The notes beneath the pieces were generated by a model. That model did no database searches. It worked only from the letters and a program-made list of their open reading frames with translations, and had not been told where the DNA came from. Positions 25,959 to 41,714 of a DNA stretch of 64,000 nt are shown in pieces. The first letter of the stretch is position 1. Each line of letters begins with the position of its first letter. Source of the stretch: Octopus sinensis (taxonomy: Eukaryota). Both the position numbers and the translations under genes were made by a program. The stretch lies in NCBI RefSeq assembly GCF_006345805.1, contig NC_043002.1, positions 92,008,001 to 92,072,000 on the forward strand, given 5' to 3'.

Positions 25959-26145
25959 GGGCCATCCGCGCTCCCGTCTTCACCGTGAACAAGGATTACT
26001 CTTCTCTCTTCGCTCCTTCGCGCCCCATGGGCTCAAGTCTCGGTTCAAAGTCTCCCTTGACCACAAGTGGCCTGAACTCTTTACATGTACACCACCCTGC
26101 ACATAACTCCATGCCCCCTTACATGGCCTTGCTTTTTGCTGTTTG
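25958..26145 (+). mobile_element. Penelope GIY-YIG C-terminal fragment
   Basis: GHPRSRLHREQGLLFSLRSFAPHGL, homologous to GHPNSRLRRKQELILSLRSFASYWLN at ~34965-35045. Confidence 0.75.
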
Positions 26146-26262
26146 AGCCCAAAAATTAACTAACATATATATACGTAAATATATACACATGTATATATAT
26201 AAATATACACACACAGAAACACACACACACACACACACACCACACATATATACATTTATATA

Positions 26263-26463
26263 TTTGTTCCGCACCACCCACCGCTTGACAACCAGTGTTG
26301 ATTCGTTTATGTTCCCCGTAAGCGAGCGTGTTTCGCAAAAAGGGCCACTTCACTATGGCCCAGACTTCAAAGGCATGGAGCTGGTTTGTTCGACTAAATC
26401 CTTCAAGGCGGTACCCCAGCATGGCCACATTGTCGAACGACTGATATGAGTAAAAGATAAGAG
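26263..26463 (+). mobile_element. SINE family A 3' half (diverged)
   Basis: GCTTGACAACC...GGCGGTACCCCAGCATGGCC...AAAAGATAA. Confidence 0.75.
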
Positions 26464-26742
26464 CTATCATAATAACGTTTATCCCTTGAGAGACGCTTGA
26501 AGGTCATTGCATCTGAATAACGTCACTTATAATGTATCGGCAAGAGGTTATTGAACTTTTGTGTGGATTTCTTTCTATATCGACTGTTTATAGCAGTGTT
26601 TTAGTTGATGCCAGACATATGCTTTTCTTTCTTTTACTCTTTCTTCATCTTTTATGCCACTAGCTATCTATCTCGCTAGCTAGCTATTTATCTACCTTTC
26701 TGACTTTCTGATATCCTTTTTTTCATTCTTTCTTTATTTCCT

Positions 26743-27220
<478 letters not shown>

Positions 27221-28001
27221 TTTTAAATGTCGAGGGACCAAAAGAAAAAAAAAGCAATTCTTCTTCATTTCTTTTTCAATTTCACTGTCAGATTGTAATT
27301 TTAAAAAAATATTAAATTAGAAGCGGAATTCAGTTTTAATTAAACTAATCAAATTTTATATGGCTTTATAATCAATTAAAACCTCATATTTTCCATTTTT
27401 ATACTTCGTATTCTCATAACTGTCACATTTTAAGACATGTTGGAGTTGATGTCGCCAAACATAAATGATAAAATACATTATTAGTTCTCCAATATTCATA
27501 CCTCATATTGTTAAATATATAAAGTGTACGTCGTTTTGTCAAGAACAAATTTGTGCATTTCAAAACAAGCAATAATTCAAGTTGGAAACCTTAATTCAAG
27601 GTTCCATTCTTCAATTGGTATGTCTACCCTAGAGAGATTTTTCTTCAAAATTTCTTCTTTACATCAGGTCAATGATTCATGACAATACTTACTTCAATGC
27701 CATGTGAAAGAAACTTGCTCTGAGTATTAAACAAATGTATTTACTGAATGAACGTGCCAATAATATCAAGTGAATTGAATCTCATTCAACAAAACTTGCT
27801 TCGCAAATATTTTATTGGGTAGTGAATCGCTGAATCAGTAAATCTTTACTATTTAAGTACTGAAATCGAATCTCCAGAGGGCGACTCTAGCTTTCATTCT
27901 TTGTAATGAAAGGAAAAGTCATAGATAAATAAACCTGTTAAATATTGGGATCAATTTAATCGATTGCGCCAATTCTCAAAATGTATGATCTTGAGCCAAA
28001 A

Positions 28002-28841
28002 CAGGGACTTTGGAGTAGATTTAATATTTTGCATAAAAGAAGCAGAAAACAATATCCCATTCAAAATTAAAGTAGTTTGAAAAATGAAAAAACTACCAGC
28101 TAGATCACGGCTGGGAGATATAAGTTTACATAAAGTAGCCAGCCCCCTACGTTCAGCATGGCCTCAAGATGGCTCCAGAACCTGGCGCATGCCTTCCTCA
28201 CTGTGTCCTTTGGAAGATCTTTGAACACCTCCTTAATCTTGATCACCAGCTCGGTCTTGGTGTTGCAGGCAGAACGGTTGGTGGCTTTCTCAACCACGCC
28301 CCACACCTGAGATTACAAGGAATTAGAAGGCCAGAAATTGGGGTTGGTGAAATAAAAATTCTCTGCCAGCCATTTATAAATCTTTCCGGAGGTCTGGCAA
28401 CCAACAAATCTTGCTACCGCTTATGTGGCCTCTCTGGGAGCACTCCTCCCTTCCTAGGGCTCTACTTACAGTCTCCAACACCTTCACATGGCCGTCTGAA
28501 TTTAGCCTAAGGCCCTGTTTAAAGATTTGGGGTGGTATGACGTCGCCCTCTCTAGAGACATACCCAAAGACCATCACAGTTTAGGGGAACTTAGTTCCAA
28601 GATGTCGAAGTCATATCTTACAGCTATACAGTGTTCACAGATCATGGTGTATGTGGGTATTTTAACACCCGGCGCGAACCATGATGCTGTAGGTAACTCT
28701 TTTCCAGTATTCGGATGGCTTCAAGTCCTCCATGTCATCTAACATATCCAAATACAACTTTAATCGTTATGCTCTCCAACGTCAGCTGTTCCTGAAAAAA
28801 GGGAGGATATAAAGAATGTTCCAATTTAATCCGAACATCTT
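28002..28841 (-). mobile_element. Second DD37D/maT-like remnant
   Basis: MMVFGYVSREGDVIPPQIF..GLRLNSDG and WGVVEKATNRSACNTK parallel the 25062-25891 element; left boundary approximate. Confidence 0.8.
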
Positions 28842-29141
28842 GTATTTAGTCCTCTATGCCATTCTCCAAATTGCGTGACCTTGAGCTTCTATTTAAGTAC
28901 CTGCTCCAACCTAAACTGACTTAGAACCTATTGAGCTTGAACAAAACGTGTTTTTTTTTTTTCCCTCAATTTATTGAACTCTTTTTCATTCTGAATCCAA
29001 TTTCCAACGAGTTTGATTTTGTTAAGGTTTTATCAACAGATATCCTATAGAAATTATAGCCAGCACTGATTTCTTCTACGATGTTTTGTATCCGAGATGT
29101 CAGATGTAAGCAAACAATGAAATCGATAATCAAAACGGGTA

Positions 29142-29193
29142 ATGGGCATATATGCCATATTTCGGGAGTTTTTGCCCCTTCATCAGCACCCAT
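29142..29193 (-). ncRNA. Minimal type I hammerhead ribozyme with canonical core (Penelope type)
   Basis: Minus: ATGGGTG-CTGATGA-A-GGGG-caaaaac-TCCC-GAAATATGGCATAT-A-TGCCCAT; 7-bp stem I including G-U pairs, near-palindromic stem III, AUA triplet. Confidence 0.75.
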
Positions 29194-29313
29194 AAAACCC
29201 ATTAACGATCCACGAATGCATTACTTGAATAGCCACTAAATTTAGATGTGTAATGTTATTGGATGTATATTGTGTAACATATTAAATACAATCCTGTAAG
29301 CTGGTACGTAGAT

Positions 29314-29712
29314 GTTCTTTTCTACTTTAGCCACTAGGCGCGAAATTTTTGAGGAAGGGTCCAGTCGATTAGGTCAACCTCAGTACGCAACTGGTACTTA
29401 ATTTATGGACTCCGAAAGGATGAAAGGCAAAGTCGACCTCGGCGGAATTTGAACTCACAACGCAACGGCAGACGAAATACCTATTTCTTTACTACCCACA
29501 AGGGGCTAAACACAGAGAGGACAAACAAGGACAGACAAACGGATTAAGTCGATTATATCGACCCAGTGCGTAACTGGTACTTAATTTATCGACTTCGAAA
29601 TGATGAAAGGCAAAGTCGACCTCAGCGGAATTTGAACTCAGAACGTAACTGCAGACGAAATACCGCTACGCATTTCGCCCAGCGTGCTAACGTTTCTGCC
29701 AGCTCGCCGCCT
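29314..29712 (-). mobile_element. SINE family C dimer with TSD
   Basis: Full head, junction AAGAAATA|GGTATTTCG at ~29481; second unit has an alternative tail; TSD GTACGTAGAT (29304-29313, 29717-29726). Confidence 0.9.
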
Positions 29713-29946
29713 TCTTGTACGTAGATATTAATGACTTGTAGCGATGCGGTATCTCGTTATGCAACCATGATATTCTACAAAGTATATAAAACGTTTTTAT
29801 AAGACAACATCGTGTTGTAAAACGCACTGCTAACACAGTACAACGTGGTGTTGACTTATAAAAAATGTTTAATATAGTTTATACTATATCATGGTTGAAT
29901 AACGAAATACTGCATCCCTACAAGTTGTTAACATTTACATCATTAC

Positions 29947-30110
29947 ATTTCGTCCGTCTCTACGTTCTGAGTTCAAATCCCGCTGAAGTTGACTTTGCAT
30001 TTCATCCTTTCGGAGTCGATAAAATAAACACCAGTTGAACAGTGGGGCCGATGTAATCGACTTATCTCCTCTCCCGAAATTGCTGGCCTTGTGCCAAAAT
30101 TTGAAATCAA
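29947..30110 (+). mobile_element. SINE family C, short-tail variant
   Basis: TTCTGAGTTCAAAT..TTCATCCTTTCGGAGTCGATAAAA core. Confidence 0.8.
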
Positions 30111-30822
30111 TATTTACGTCATTAAAATTCATTAGTAGTTTTGTTTTGTCCGACATCATTCCAGGTTTACTAATATAAGCTACAAAAGTCTAGGATTGAT
30201 GAAAATAAGAAAGGTCCGAGTAATTTGAATAGGTAATATATCGGAATCACTACTTGATTCTGTGGTTGATTTTTGTTCTTCAATGTTCTGAGTTCAGAGC
30301 TTTTCAGAGTATATTTAGTAATCTATCAGTATGGAGTTGGTAACATAGGCACCAACCATACGGTGCCATCGATTTATTCTGTTAGGAATTGTGGCACTCT
30401 TGCATCAGCCTAACTTATTCTTTGAAACTATCAATGCAACACTCTCAACAGTGGAGTTTCTTCTATTTTATGCAGTGAATTCACTTGACCTACTTGAAAC
30501 AGCAGCCTTATCTTCCTCAAATCACAGCCCATTGTCTCGATAAACAGACATACGATGTGAACGGTGTTAATTACGGATCTACTCGACGAGAGAAAATTTG
30601 TGGTTTAACAACAATATCGTCAACAATATCAACATTTTCATATCTAAATTGCATCGGTTTATCAGTGGAAATTGTAACAGCAATGTCAATATGCTATAAA
30701 ATAGAACAAAGAATTAAGAAAAAATACAAAAACAAACGTAAGTTGAAGTCTCTTTGAAAACCAGTCTAAATTGCCAGACATGGAAAAACTGAGTCCCTAC
30801 TTTAGTTCCAATTGTTTTTTAT

Positions 30823-31142
30823 GTGGTTAGAGCGTTGAGCTTATGATCGTGAGGTTGTGAGTTCGATTCCCGGACGGGGCTGTGTGTTGAATTCTTGAGC
30901 AAGACACTTTAAAAGGCGGCGAGCTGGCAGAAACGTTAGCACGCCGGGCGAAATGCGTAGCCGTACTTCGTCTGCCGTTACGTTCCGAGTTCAAATTCCG
31001 CCGAGGGCAACTTTGCCTTTCATCCTTTCGGGGTCAATAAATTAAGTACCAGTAATGCACTGGGGTCGATGTAATCGACTTAATCTGTTTGTCTGTCCTT
31101 GTTTATCCCCTCTGTGTTTAACCCCTTGTGGGTAGTAAAGAA
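30823..31142 (+). mobile_element. SINE family B-type head (30823-30910) abutting a full SINE family C monomer (30915-31142)
   Basis: A/B boxes GTGGTTAGAGCG / GAGTTCGATTCC, then GGCGGCGAGCTGGCAG...GTAAAGAA. Confidence 0.85.
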
Positions 31143-31345
31143 TTATATAGAATTTTAGCTGACATTGTGTCGGGAGAACAACCAAAAAAAAATATGTTGA
31201 TATACAGATATAAAACACTGTGGTATAAACAGAGAGGAGGGGGAGAAAGAAAGACAGGGAGGGAGAGAGACGGGGAGTGAAAATATTAATATATGTATGC
31301 AGGCATGTGTATGTGTTTTTTTTCACTTTAATATTTTATCTTTTA

Positions 31346-31723
31346 CTAGCAGTATCGCCCGGCGTTGCTCGGGTTTGTAAGGGATATAACTATAAAGCAT
31401 TTTTAGAGAGTTGTAGCCAAAAAATAGCAAAAAATGCATTAAAAATGGAAAACAAACTATGGTAATTTTTTTTTTAAATCGTTGACTCATCGTAGACATT
31501 TTTAGAGAGTTACTTCCCTTTATTTAAAAAATATGCATTAAAATGGAAAAGAATTATGGTAAATTATTTTTAAAATCGTAGACTCATCGTAGACGCGCGC
31601 TAATACCCAGAATCACGACTATAAGATACCCGGTTTTGGTTAAACTGCAACGCAAAATGTGGGAGTAGTTAGGAATCTAAATCGGAGTAGACAGACACAC
31701 AACTTGACTTTTATATATAAAGA
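31346..31723 (-). mobile_element. Complete non-autonomous Helitron inserted into a SINE A tail
   Basis: Minus A|TCTTTATATATAAAA ... CCCGAGCAACGCCGGG hairpin ... CTAG|T; no TSD; removing it restores TCTTTTA|TTTGTTTCAGTCATT. Confidence 0.88.
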
Positions 31724-31933
31724 TTTGTTTCAGTCATTAGACTGCGGCCATGCTGGGTCGCTGCCTTGAAGAACTTTTAGTCGAATGAATCGACCTCAGT
31801 ATTCCACCGTCCAAACAGCTGAATCCTGTTCTCTCGTTCCCCTTTATATCTAATCATAATGTCAGTCATACTCCATCCATCTCTTTTCCTTGAGAAAAAT
31901 ACACGCTGTCTTTTTTTTTTTAATTATTGTTTA

Positions 31934-32345
31934 GGCGCAGGAGTAGCTGTGTGGTAAGTAGCTTGCTAACCAACCACATGGTTGCGGGTTCAGTCCCACT
32001 GCGTGGCACCTTGGGCAAGTGTCTTCTGCTATAGCCCCGGGCCGACCAATGCCTTGTGAGTGGATTTGGTAGACGGAAACTGAAAGAAGCCTGTCGTATA
32101 TATGTATATATATATATATATGTGTATGTGTGTGTTTGTGTGTCTGTGTTTGTCCCCCTAGCATTGCTTGACAACCGATGCTGGTGTGTTTACGTCCCCG
32201 TCACTTAGCGGTTCGGCAAAAGAGACCGATAGAATAAGTACTGGGCTTACAAAGAATAAGTTCTGGGGTCAATTTGCTCGACTAAAGGCGGTGCTCCAGC
32301 ATGGCCGCAGTCAAATGACTGAAACAAGTAAAAGAGTAAAAGAGT
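31934..32345 (+). mobile_element. Full-length SINE family A
   Basis: GGCGCAGGAGTAGCTGTGTGGTAAG head, B box GGTTCAGTCCC, internal (TA)/(TG), (GAGTAAAA)n-like tail. Confidence 0.92.
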
Positions 32346-33026
32346 AAATAACATTGTTTAAACTTTCCTGTGTTACCATCAATTGAATAATATTAAGTTC
32401 ATAAAAACAAATAATCAACTCAACTTTCAATACATAATTTTTGTTTATATTTATTTTTTTACTTGTATAACTTATTTTAAGAAACTTTCTTTTATGTAAG
32501 AGAAAAACATTGAGAATTAAAAATTAAAAATTAAAAATTAAATATACATGTTCCTCAAATTAGCTGTGGTTAACCTAGAAGAGTTTCTTTCTTCTCTGAT
32601 GGTAACTAAAAGCAAACCATGCGTTTAACTTATTTACTTGAAAAAAAAGTAGTTATTTCAGTTATCTCCCTTGCTCACTTTCAATGCCATCACGGTATCT
32701 TCAGGTGAAATTGCAAACAATGATTATATTATAGTAACTCATTAAGTGCATTGGTGTGTTAGTTAGTAGAAACGGCAAAGTATTGAGTCATGTGCTGTCA
32801 TCTGTAAAATTCTGGATTAACTCGCATGAAATTTTATCCTAGCTTGTATGTTTTTAAAGTTAATTATATGAATGCAATTTCTACACGTTAGTTGTAAAAT
32901 TCATCCTACATAGTTCCCAACAAATGCTTAGTGCTGTGTTTACCACAGTGGTAGATATATAGGTTGATTTATTGAAACAGGTAAATGAGTAGATAAATAT
33001 ATAGATAACATATAGATAGATAGATG

Positions 33027-33058
<32 letters not shown>

Positions 33059-33136
33059 GATAGAGAGCTACATATATACATACATACATAGTTAAATAGG
33101 TATGATTTATTGAAATTGTAAGATTTATTGGAAAGC

Positions 33137-33182
<46 letters not shown>

Positions 33183-34085
33183 GTTATACTGAACTATTAT
33201 CAATTTTCTTTTCCTTTTTTGTGAGATTATTCTGAAGATATTTAGCGTGTGCCAAATCTAAAAATGATATCCGTTTTTTTTCCCTATCACCCACACTTTT
33301 GAAGCTATTAATAAAACAATTTTTTTGTACGTTTCCATTTTTATATCTTCTTTGAACACTTATACCATTTACTGACAACATGTACAAAAAGTCTTTTTAA
33401 TATATATATTGGGAACTTAAATACTATATATAATATTAGCAGCGAATAATATTTTTTATGCTCTTACTTCTCAAGTATTCTCACATATAAATCATAAATT
33501 CACTTTACAGTTTAAATAATGGTTTCTAGAGGCAACATCAATAGCCCTGGCATGTTTTGCTCCCCAGGTGGTGTATTAGCAACGGCAAGATACACCAGAC
33601 TCTTAAAGAGAGATTTTCACATTTCTCCGCAATGAAATTCGGAGATCAAGAAAAGAGCTGAGCTGTTTCTCATAGTATTTGCTGCTTGTTCGTTGCAAAA
33701 TTGAGAATTTAGAATTATGATGAAAAAGAATGATCAGCTTTGGTTGAAAGTGATGTTAAAAATCATATCATTGACTAGTTCTCCTGCTGAAGAAATTTTC
33801 ACAATTACAAAACAGAGAAGGGAGATTTTCGTTACCGAAAATTTTCCGTTAACAATCAGATATGAACCCGTGATTAGATCGTTTCTTTCTCCACCCTACT
33901 GACAGGCTGAGTTATTGTAATTCTAACACAGATAAAAATTCAGACAATCACGCCGGGAGAATAGTGCATACCTCATCCGTTAGTACTAAGTTAAACTGAA
34001 CAATACAGTTCAGAATTTCAATCTGCCAACGAGTTAGCGGAACATTTGTGGTCTGATCTGCTGAAAATGCATTATTAGCAACAAA

Positions 34086-34147
<62 letters not shown>

Positions 34148-34159
34148 GTTCAAATTTAC

Positions 34160-35905
34160 AAAAAGACAAAAGACGAAGTCAGGTGTAGGAAGAACAAGCA
34201 GTTTGACGCTCGGGAAAAATGGAAAAGTCTTTTATGCTTCGAGCCTACGCTCTTCGACAGATGGAAAGTGGGGAGAAATGGAGAGAGAATGAAAAAAAAA
34301 CAAGAGAGAACAAGAGATTGAATGAAAGAGAGATAACAATAGTGATCCCAACGAACTGCAGTGCGCGAGTATGTGTATGTATGTAAGAATGGTGTGTATG
34401 AGTGTGTATGTGTGTATGTATGAAGGGAGTCGAGTGAGTCTGGCGTGTGTGTACGTGTACTTGTGTAACGTGTGTGCATGAGTGTGTTGTATGTAGCAGC
34501 TGATGTGTGCTTTTTCAAATGGTGTGTGCATATGTTTATGTATGTGTGCGTGTGTGTGTCTGTGACCAAATAGTGTGCATGTGTATAATGTAAGCTTGTG
34601 GGTGGAAGTTATCTTTGTCTATACGTGTTGCGTGAAGCGCGTGTGTGCGTATATTATTTGTGTTAAGATATTATGTGTTTGTGCGGGTGTGGCAGTGTGC
34701 ATGATGGTGTGTGTACTGAGTTAAACAGTGTGTGAGACTGCTCACATAGTGGTATGTGTGGTGATATTACTGAAGATAGTGTGTGGGTGTGTGGATAATG
34801 GATAATGGATAATGCCGAGAAGTGGTCGGTGCTAGCTAGTGTGTGTGGGTGGAAAAGTGTTGTAGGTGTGTGTGTAATGGTGTGTAAAGTGAGTGATGAG
34901 TAGCACAGTGCGTGTGGGTGTGGGGGAATCTGTGTGGGGTTGTTGTCAGATGAAGAGAGGAGTTGAGCCAATATGACGCAAAGGAACGAAGAGAGAGGAT
35001 TAATTCCTGTTTACGGCGAAGGCGGGAGTTCGGGTGGCCCCTGTGCAGGGACAGTCTGAACACAGACAGATGTTGTAACGAGTGACCGGTAGAGTCGAAG
35101 TGGCGCGAGACTGGGGTCTCATTTCCGAGCCTGATGTCTTAGAGGTGCTCCACGAACCGGTCAGGCAATGTGCGTCCTGTTTGATCAATGTACAGGGAAG
35201 GACAGAGAGATAGCAGGAGATGCAGTAAACAACATTACTAGGGGTTCAGGTAAAGGAGTCACTAACGTGAAAGAGACGGTGATGGGTGCCTGTGAGGTTG
35301 GTGGTGTTTGGCGATGTAGGAGCAGCGTGGGCGGAAGCAGGGAAAGGAGCCAGGCTGTGAGGCGGATGTAGGGAAGAAACTATGGACCAGAAGGTCACGC
35401 AGGTTATGGGCTCGTTTGAAGGAGGGAAGGGGTAAATTCGGGGAGATGTGCGAAGTAGAGGGATCGGACTGGATTGGACAGAAGGCTCGGAGAATGGCGC
35501 GTTAGAAGGTTAGAGTAGAGGAGGGTAGGTGAGGGGATACGGGAGACGGGTGGCTGGTATGAGAAAAAAGAGTAGAGGCACGATCCACAGATCGTATCAG
35601 GGCAAGGGCAGTATGGATAATTGTGAGGGGTTATCCACACAGGATGAAGTGGCGAGCCATGTGTTGAGCCTGAATCTCAAAGTCATGGTCCTCACTGCAG
35701 AACCAGCGTAGACGGAGGGATTGGGAGTAGGAGATGCAGAACTTGGGGTGGGTAGGGTAGGGTAGGAGGAGGAGAAGTTAAAGTAGGAATGTAAGTCAGT
35801 GTGCTTGTAGTGGATGGAGGTAGTGAGAGTGCAGAAATGTCGAGAAATTCGGCGGAAGATTTAGAGATAGAGCAGGAGAATTCTAGGGCAGGATGGAAGG
35901 ATTAC
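34160..35905 (-). mobile_element. 5'-truncated Penelope-like element (RT thumb, GIY-YIG, CA-rich 3' region, decayed hammerhead)
   Basis: Minus: TSIHYKHTDLHSYFNFSSS, PYSQSLRLRWFCS, SNVVYCISC..LYIDQTGRTLPDRFVEHL, RLRRKQELI..WLN; CTGTCGA-AGAGC-gtag-GCTC-GAAG at 34228-34265. Confidence 0.9.
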
Positions 35906-35929
35906 ACAAAGAAAATAGACTATATATAA

Positions 35930-38490
<2,561 letters not shown>

Positions 38491-38554
38491 TGATAGATAC
38501 TAAAGCACCTGTTAATGGGTTTTATGTTTAGGGTGGTTGACAAACTAATAATAA

Positions 38555-39375
38555 CACTGGGGAACATTTCAAAAATATATATTAGTTGTCTTACTTTTTA
38601 CTCCAATTTGATGGTGTTGGGTGTCAGAAATACCCCCAGAAATTTTCCAACGCATCAAGCTTTTTGTTAAATAGGAATTCATTCTTTCACCAAAAATTGT
38701 CAATTTTGCCATTAAATACAATACTGAAATAAGAAACTAACACAAATCAAATAGTACTTTTTATTGTTTAACAAATATATTACACAAACTATTTAATTTC
38801 ACATCTTAGAAAAGATATTTCTGTCAAATTGGAGTTTGAACTGCTCAAGGAATGATCTAGTGCAGACCATGTTGACCAGTTTTCGAGCACTGGCCTGCAA
38901 CATGAGAGTAAATGCGATTTCCTTCAGAGTTATGTGGATTACTTCCTTGAAAATCCTAAGGCAATAGTGATGACCAAGGAAAAAGATTCCACCAAGACAG
39001 CGAAAACATGGGGACTAGGTATCAAGGCAGGTGGAAAACCAACATAGTGCAGTCTACTGCTGATCACTGCAAAGAGACTGTCATGATGCAATTTATTCAC
39101 ATAAAGCAACAAAGAGAAAGATGCCAGACATGGTCTCCAAAAATAACTCGTCCTGCGATAATTACCTAATATGTGGCCCATCAAACAATCTAAACTTATT
39201 TTTCTCACAGTACAAAACTGGAAACTTTCTGCTAAAGAATTTGAAGCAGACGCTGTCTCAGTGTTTCAACACATGTTTTGCACACTACATGGGATGCCCA
39301 AGCTTTGTCTTGCCTCCCAGTTTCATGCTAAAGTAAGTAAAGAAGTAAGGTAAGATATGATTTTGTTTCACTGCG
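38555..39375 (+). mobile_element. Chapaev3-like (CMC) DNA transposon, internally deleted
   Basis: Starts CACTGGGGAACA, ends degenerate TGTTTCACTGCG, TAA on both sides; 38887-39080 frameshifted CNMRV..FLQSYVDYFLENP..SDDQGKRFHQD..RYQGRW..YC*SLQRD. Confidence 0.75.
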
Positions 39376-39471
39376 TAATTCAGAAATAAGTAGAAGACAT
39401 CGGGACTGTTTCTGAAATACAAAACATGTTCAAGCAAGCTGTCAGCTGGGAAAGCACTTTCAGAATTGTAA

Positions 39472-41285
39472 ATGCAACCCCTATTTGTTCCACGTGCTTC
39501 TCGACATGTTTGCTCACTGTTCCCAGGACTCCGACAATTATTGGTACTACAGCTAACTTTTTCATCGACCACAACTGCTTCACTTCCAAAGTTACCCTGT
39601 CATATCTCTCAACTTTTCTTCCTTCCTTATCGCATACCTTGTTGTCAGCTTGGCATGCTATATCTATCATCCAGCATAGTTTGTTTTCTTTCTCAATTAA
39701 GACAATGTCTGGTTTCCTATTCTCTATCTCACGGTCGTACTGAATCATAAAATCCCATAGGATCTTTGCATTTTTATTTTCGACGATACCTTTGGGTTTG
39801 TGGTAGTACCAATTGTTTTTTTCTGTCAAGTCCATACTTGTTGCAAAGTGTCCAATGGACAATCCTGGCTATATTGTCGTGGCATCTCTTATAGTTATTC
39901 TGGGCTAGTGGCATATTTTGGCTGGTATTATGCCATACGGTTTCACCGTTTTGTCCACAGATTCTGCACTTATCACTTTCTGATGCGTTGTCTATTCTGT
40001 ATGTTATGTAGTTTGTTCTTAGTGCTTGCTCTTGGGCAGCACAGATTAGAGCCTCCGGTTCTGGTTTTAAATCACTTTTAGTCATCCACAGCCATCTTTT
40101 TTCTCTGTCTGTCTTATCATCAACATCCCTATGAAATTGTCCATGCATTCTTTTCTTTACCCACCTATTTTCAGTTTCATTCGTTTTCAATTGCTTGTAC
40201 AGTGCTTTATCTTTGCAATCTTTCATCCTACACAAGCCTGACCTTCCTACGTCTAATAATAGCGGTTCTGTAGCATTTTTTACATACCATGCTATGTTGT
40301 TTCTTCTGCTCTAATGCTGTGTTCGCATCCAATAAGTCCTCTTCCTCCGCTTTTTCTTGGTACATACAGTCTGTCTGTCACATTTTTGGGTGGAGTGCCC
40401 CATATCTAGTTAGCAACTTCCTTGTCTTTCTCTCTAAGCTGTTTAGTTCGTCTACTGTCCATGCGATTATCCCTGCTCCATATCTAAGGGGTGAAACCGC
40501 CTAGGTGTTGATAGCTTCAATTTTATTTCGTACGTTTAATTTCTACTTAAGGATCAGTCTCAGTCTGTGCAAGTACTGCACCTTAATTTTTTCTGTCATT
40601 TCTTTCTCCATTGATTTATCCATTTCCAATATCCCCTAGTACTTATAGTCCGTCTCTTCTATCTGATTCATAACCTCCCCAGACGTTATCGTTAGCCCGT
40701 CCATACATTTGATTTTGCCTCTCTTCAAGACCAACACCACACTTTCTCAGTCAGAACTCCATTCTGATAACAGCACTGAAGGTATACACCGTATCAACGA
40801 GGGAACTGACTTGGGCTTTATCATTACCATAAAGCTTGAGATCATCCATGAATAACAAATGGTTGGCTTTTTGTTGGCGACTTTTGAATACATGCCCAGC
40901 TTTTGCTTTCCTCAGAATCAGTATTAATGGTATCAAGCACTGTACAAAGATCAGTGGGGACAAGCAGTCCCCTTGGAAGATGCCCCTCCTAATTTATACT
41001 GTCCCTAAACTTCTTCTGTATGCTGTCAGGTCCATCCTCCAATTCGCCATAATTTTCCAAGCAAATGCTCAACATTCGATGCAATCCCAAATAGGTTCAT
41101 ACACTCCATAATCCAAGAATGTGGGATCATATCGTACGCCTTACGATAGCCGATCCATGACATGGCTAAGTTACTTTTCCTCTTCTTGCAGTCTCGAAGT
41201 ACAGTTTTGTCTATCAGGATCTGATCCTTGGTACCTCTGCACTTACGTTTGCAACCCTTCTGCTCATGTGGCAGGACTCCATTTT
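39472..41285 (-). mobile_element. R4/Dong-clade non-LTR retrotransposon fragment (RT + CCHC + RLE endonuclease)
   Basis: [85 protein letters not shown]; stops and frameshifts. Confidence 0.92.
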
Positions 41286-41661
41286 GTGTTCTTTTTTGTT
41301 GTTGATAGATCTATCTCTGGGCATAGTTTTTGTGGTGTTTTTAAACTTATGACTTGTTCACTCTGTCTGTGTTAATCCGAAAAAATTATTTTGTTTTGTT
41401 TTTTATTTTTGCTTTGTTTGTGAAACGTGTTTTCATATGCGTGTATGTGTGTCCTGTAAATTTCACGTAGTTGTGTAAACATTGGGATTTATGTTTGTTC
41501 CTATTGTTATTAAAATGTATATATGAATGTGTAGACAGTCGAGTGTATGCGTAATTACTAAATTTATGTACTTACTATTTTGTTCCATTTCTATTTTATA
41601 ATTTGTAAACTTTTCGGTGTTGATTTCGCGTGTGTTTCGCCCATGTTTCACTGAGACATCG

Positions 41662-41712
<51 letters not shown>

Positions 41713-41714
<2 letters not shown>

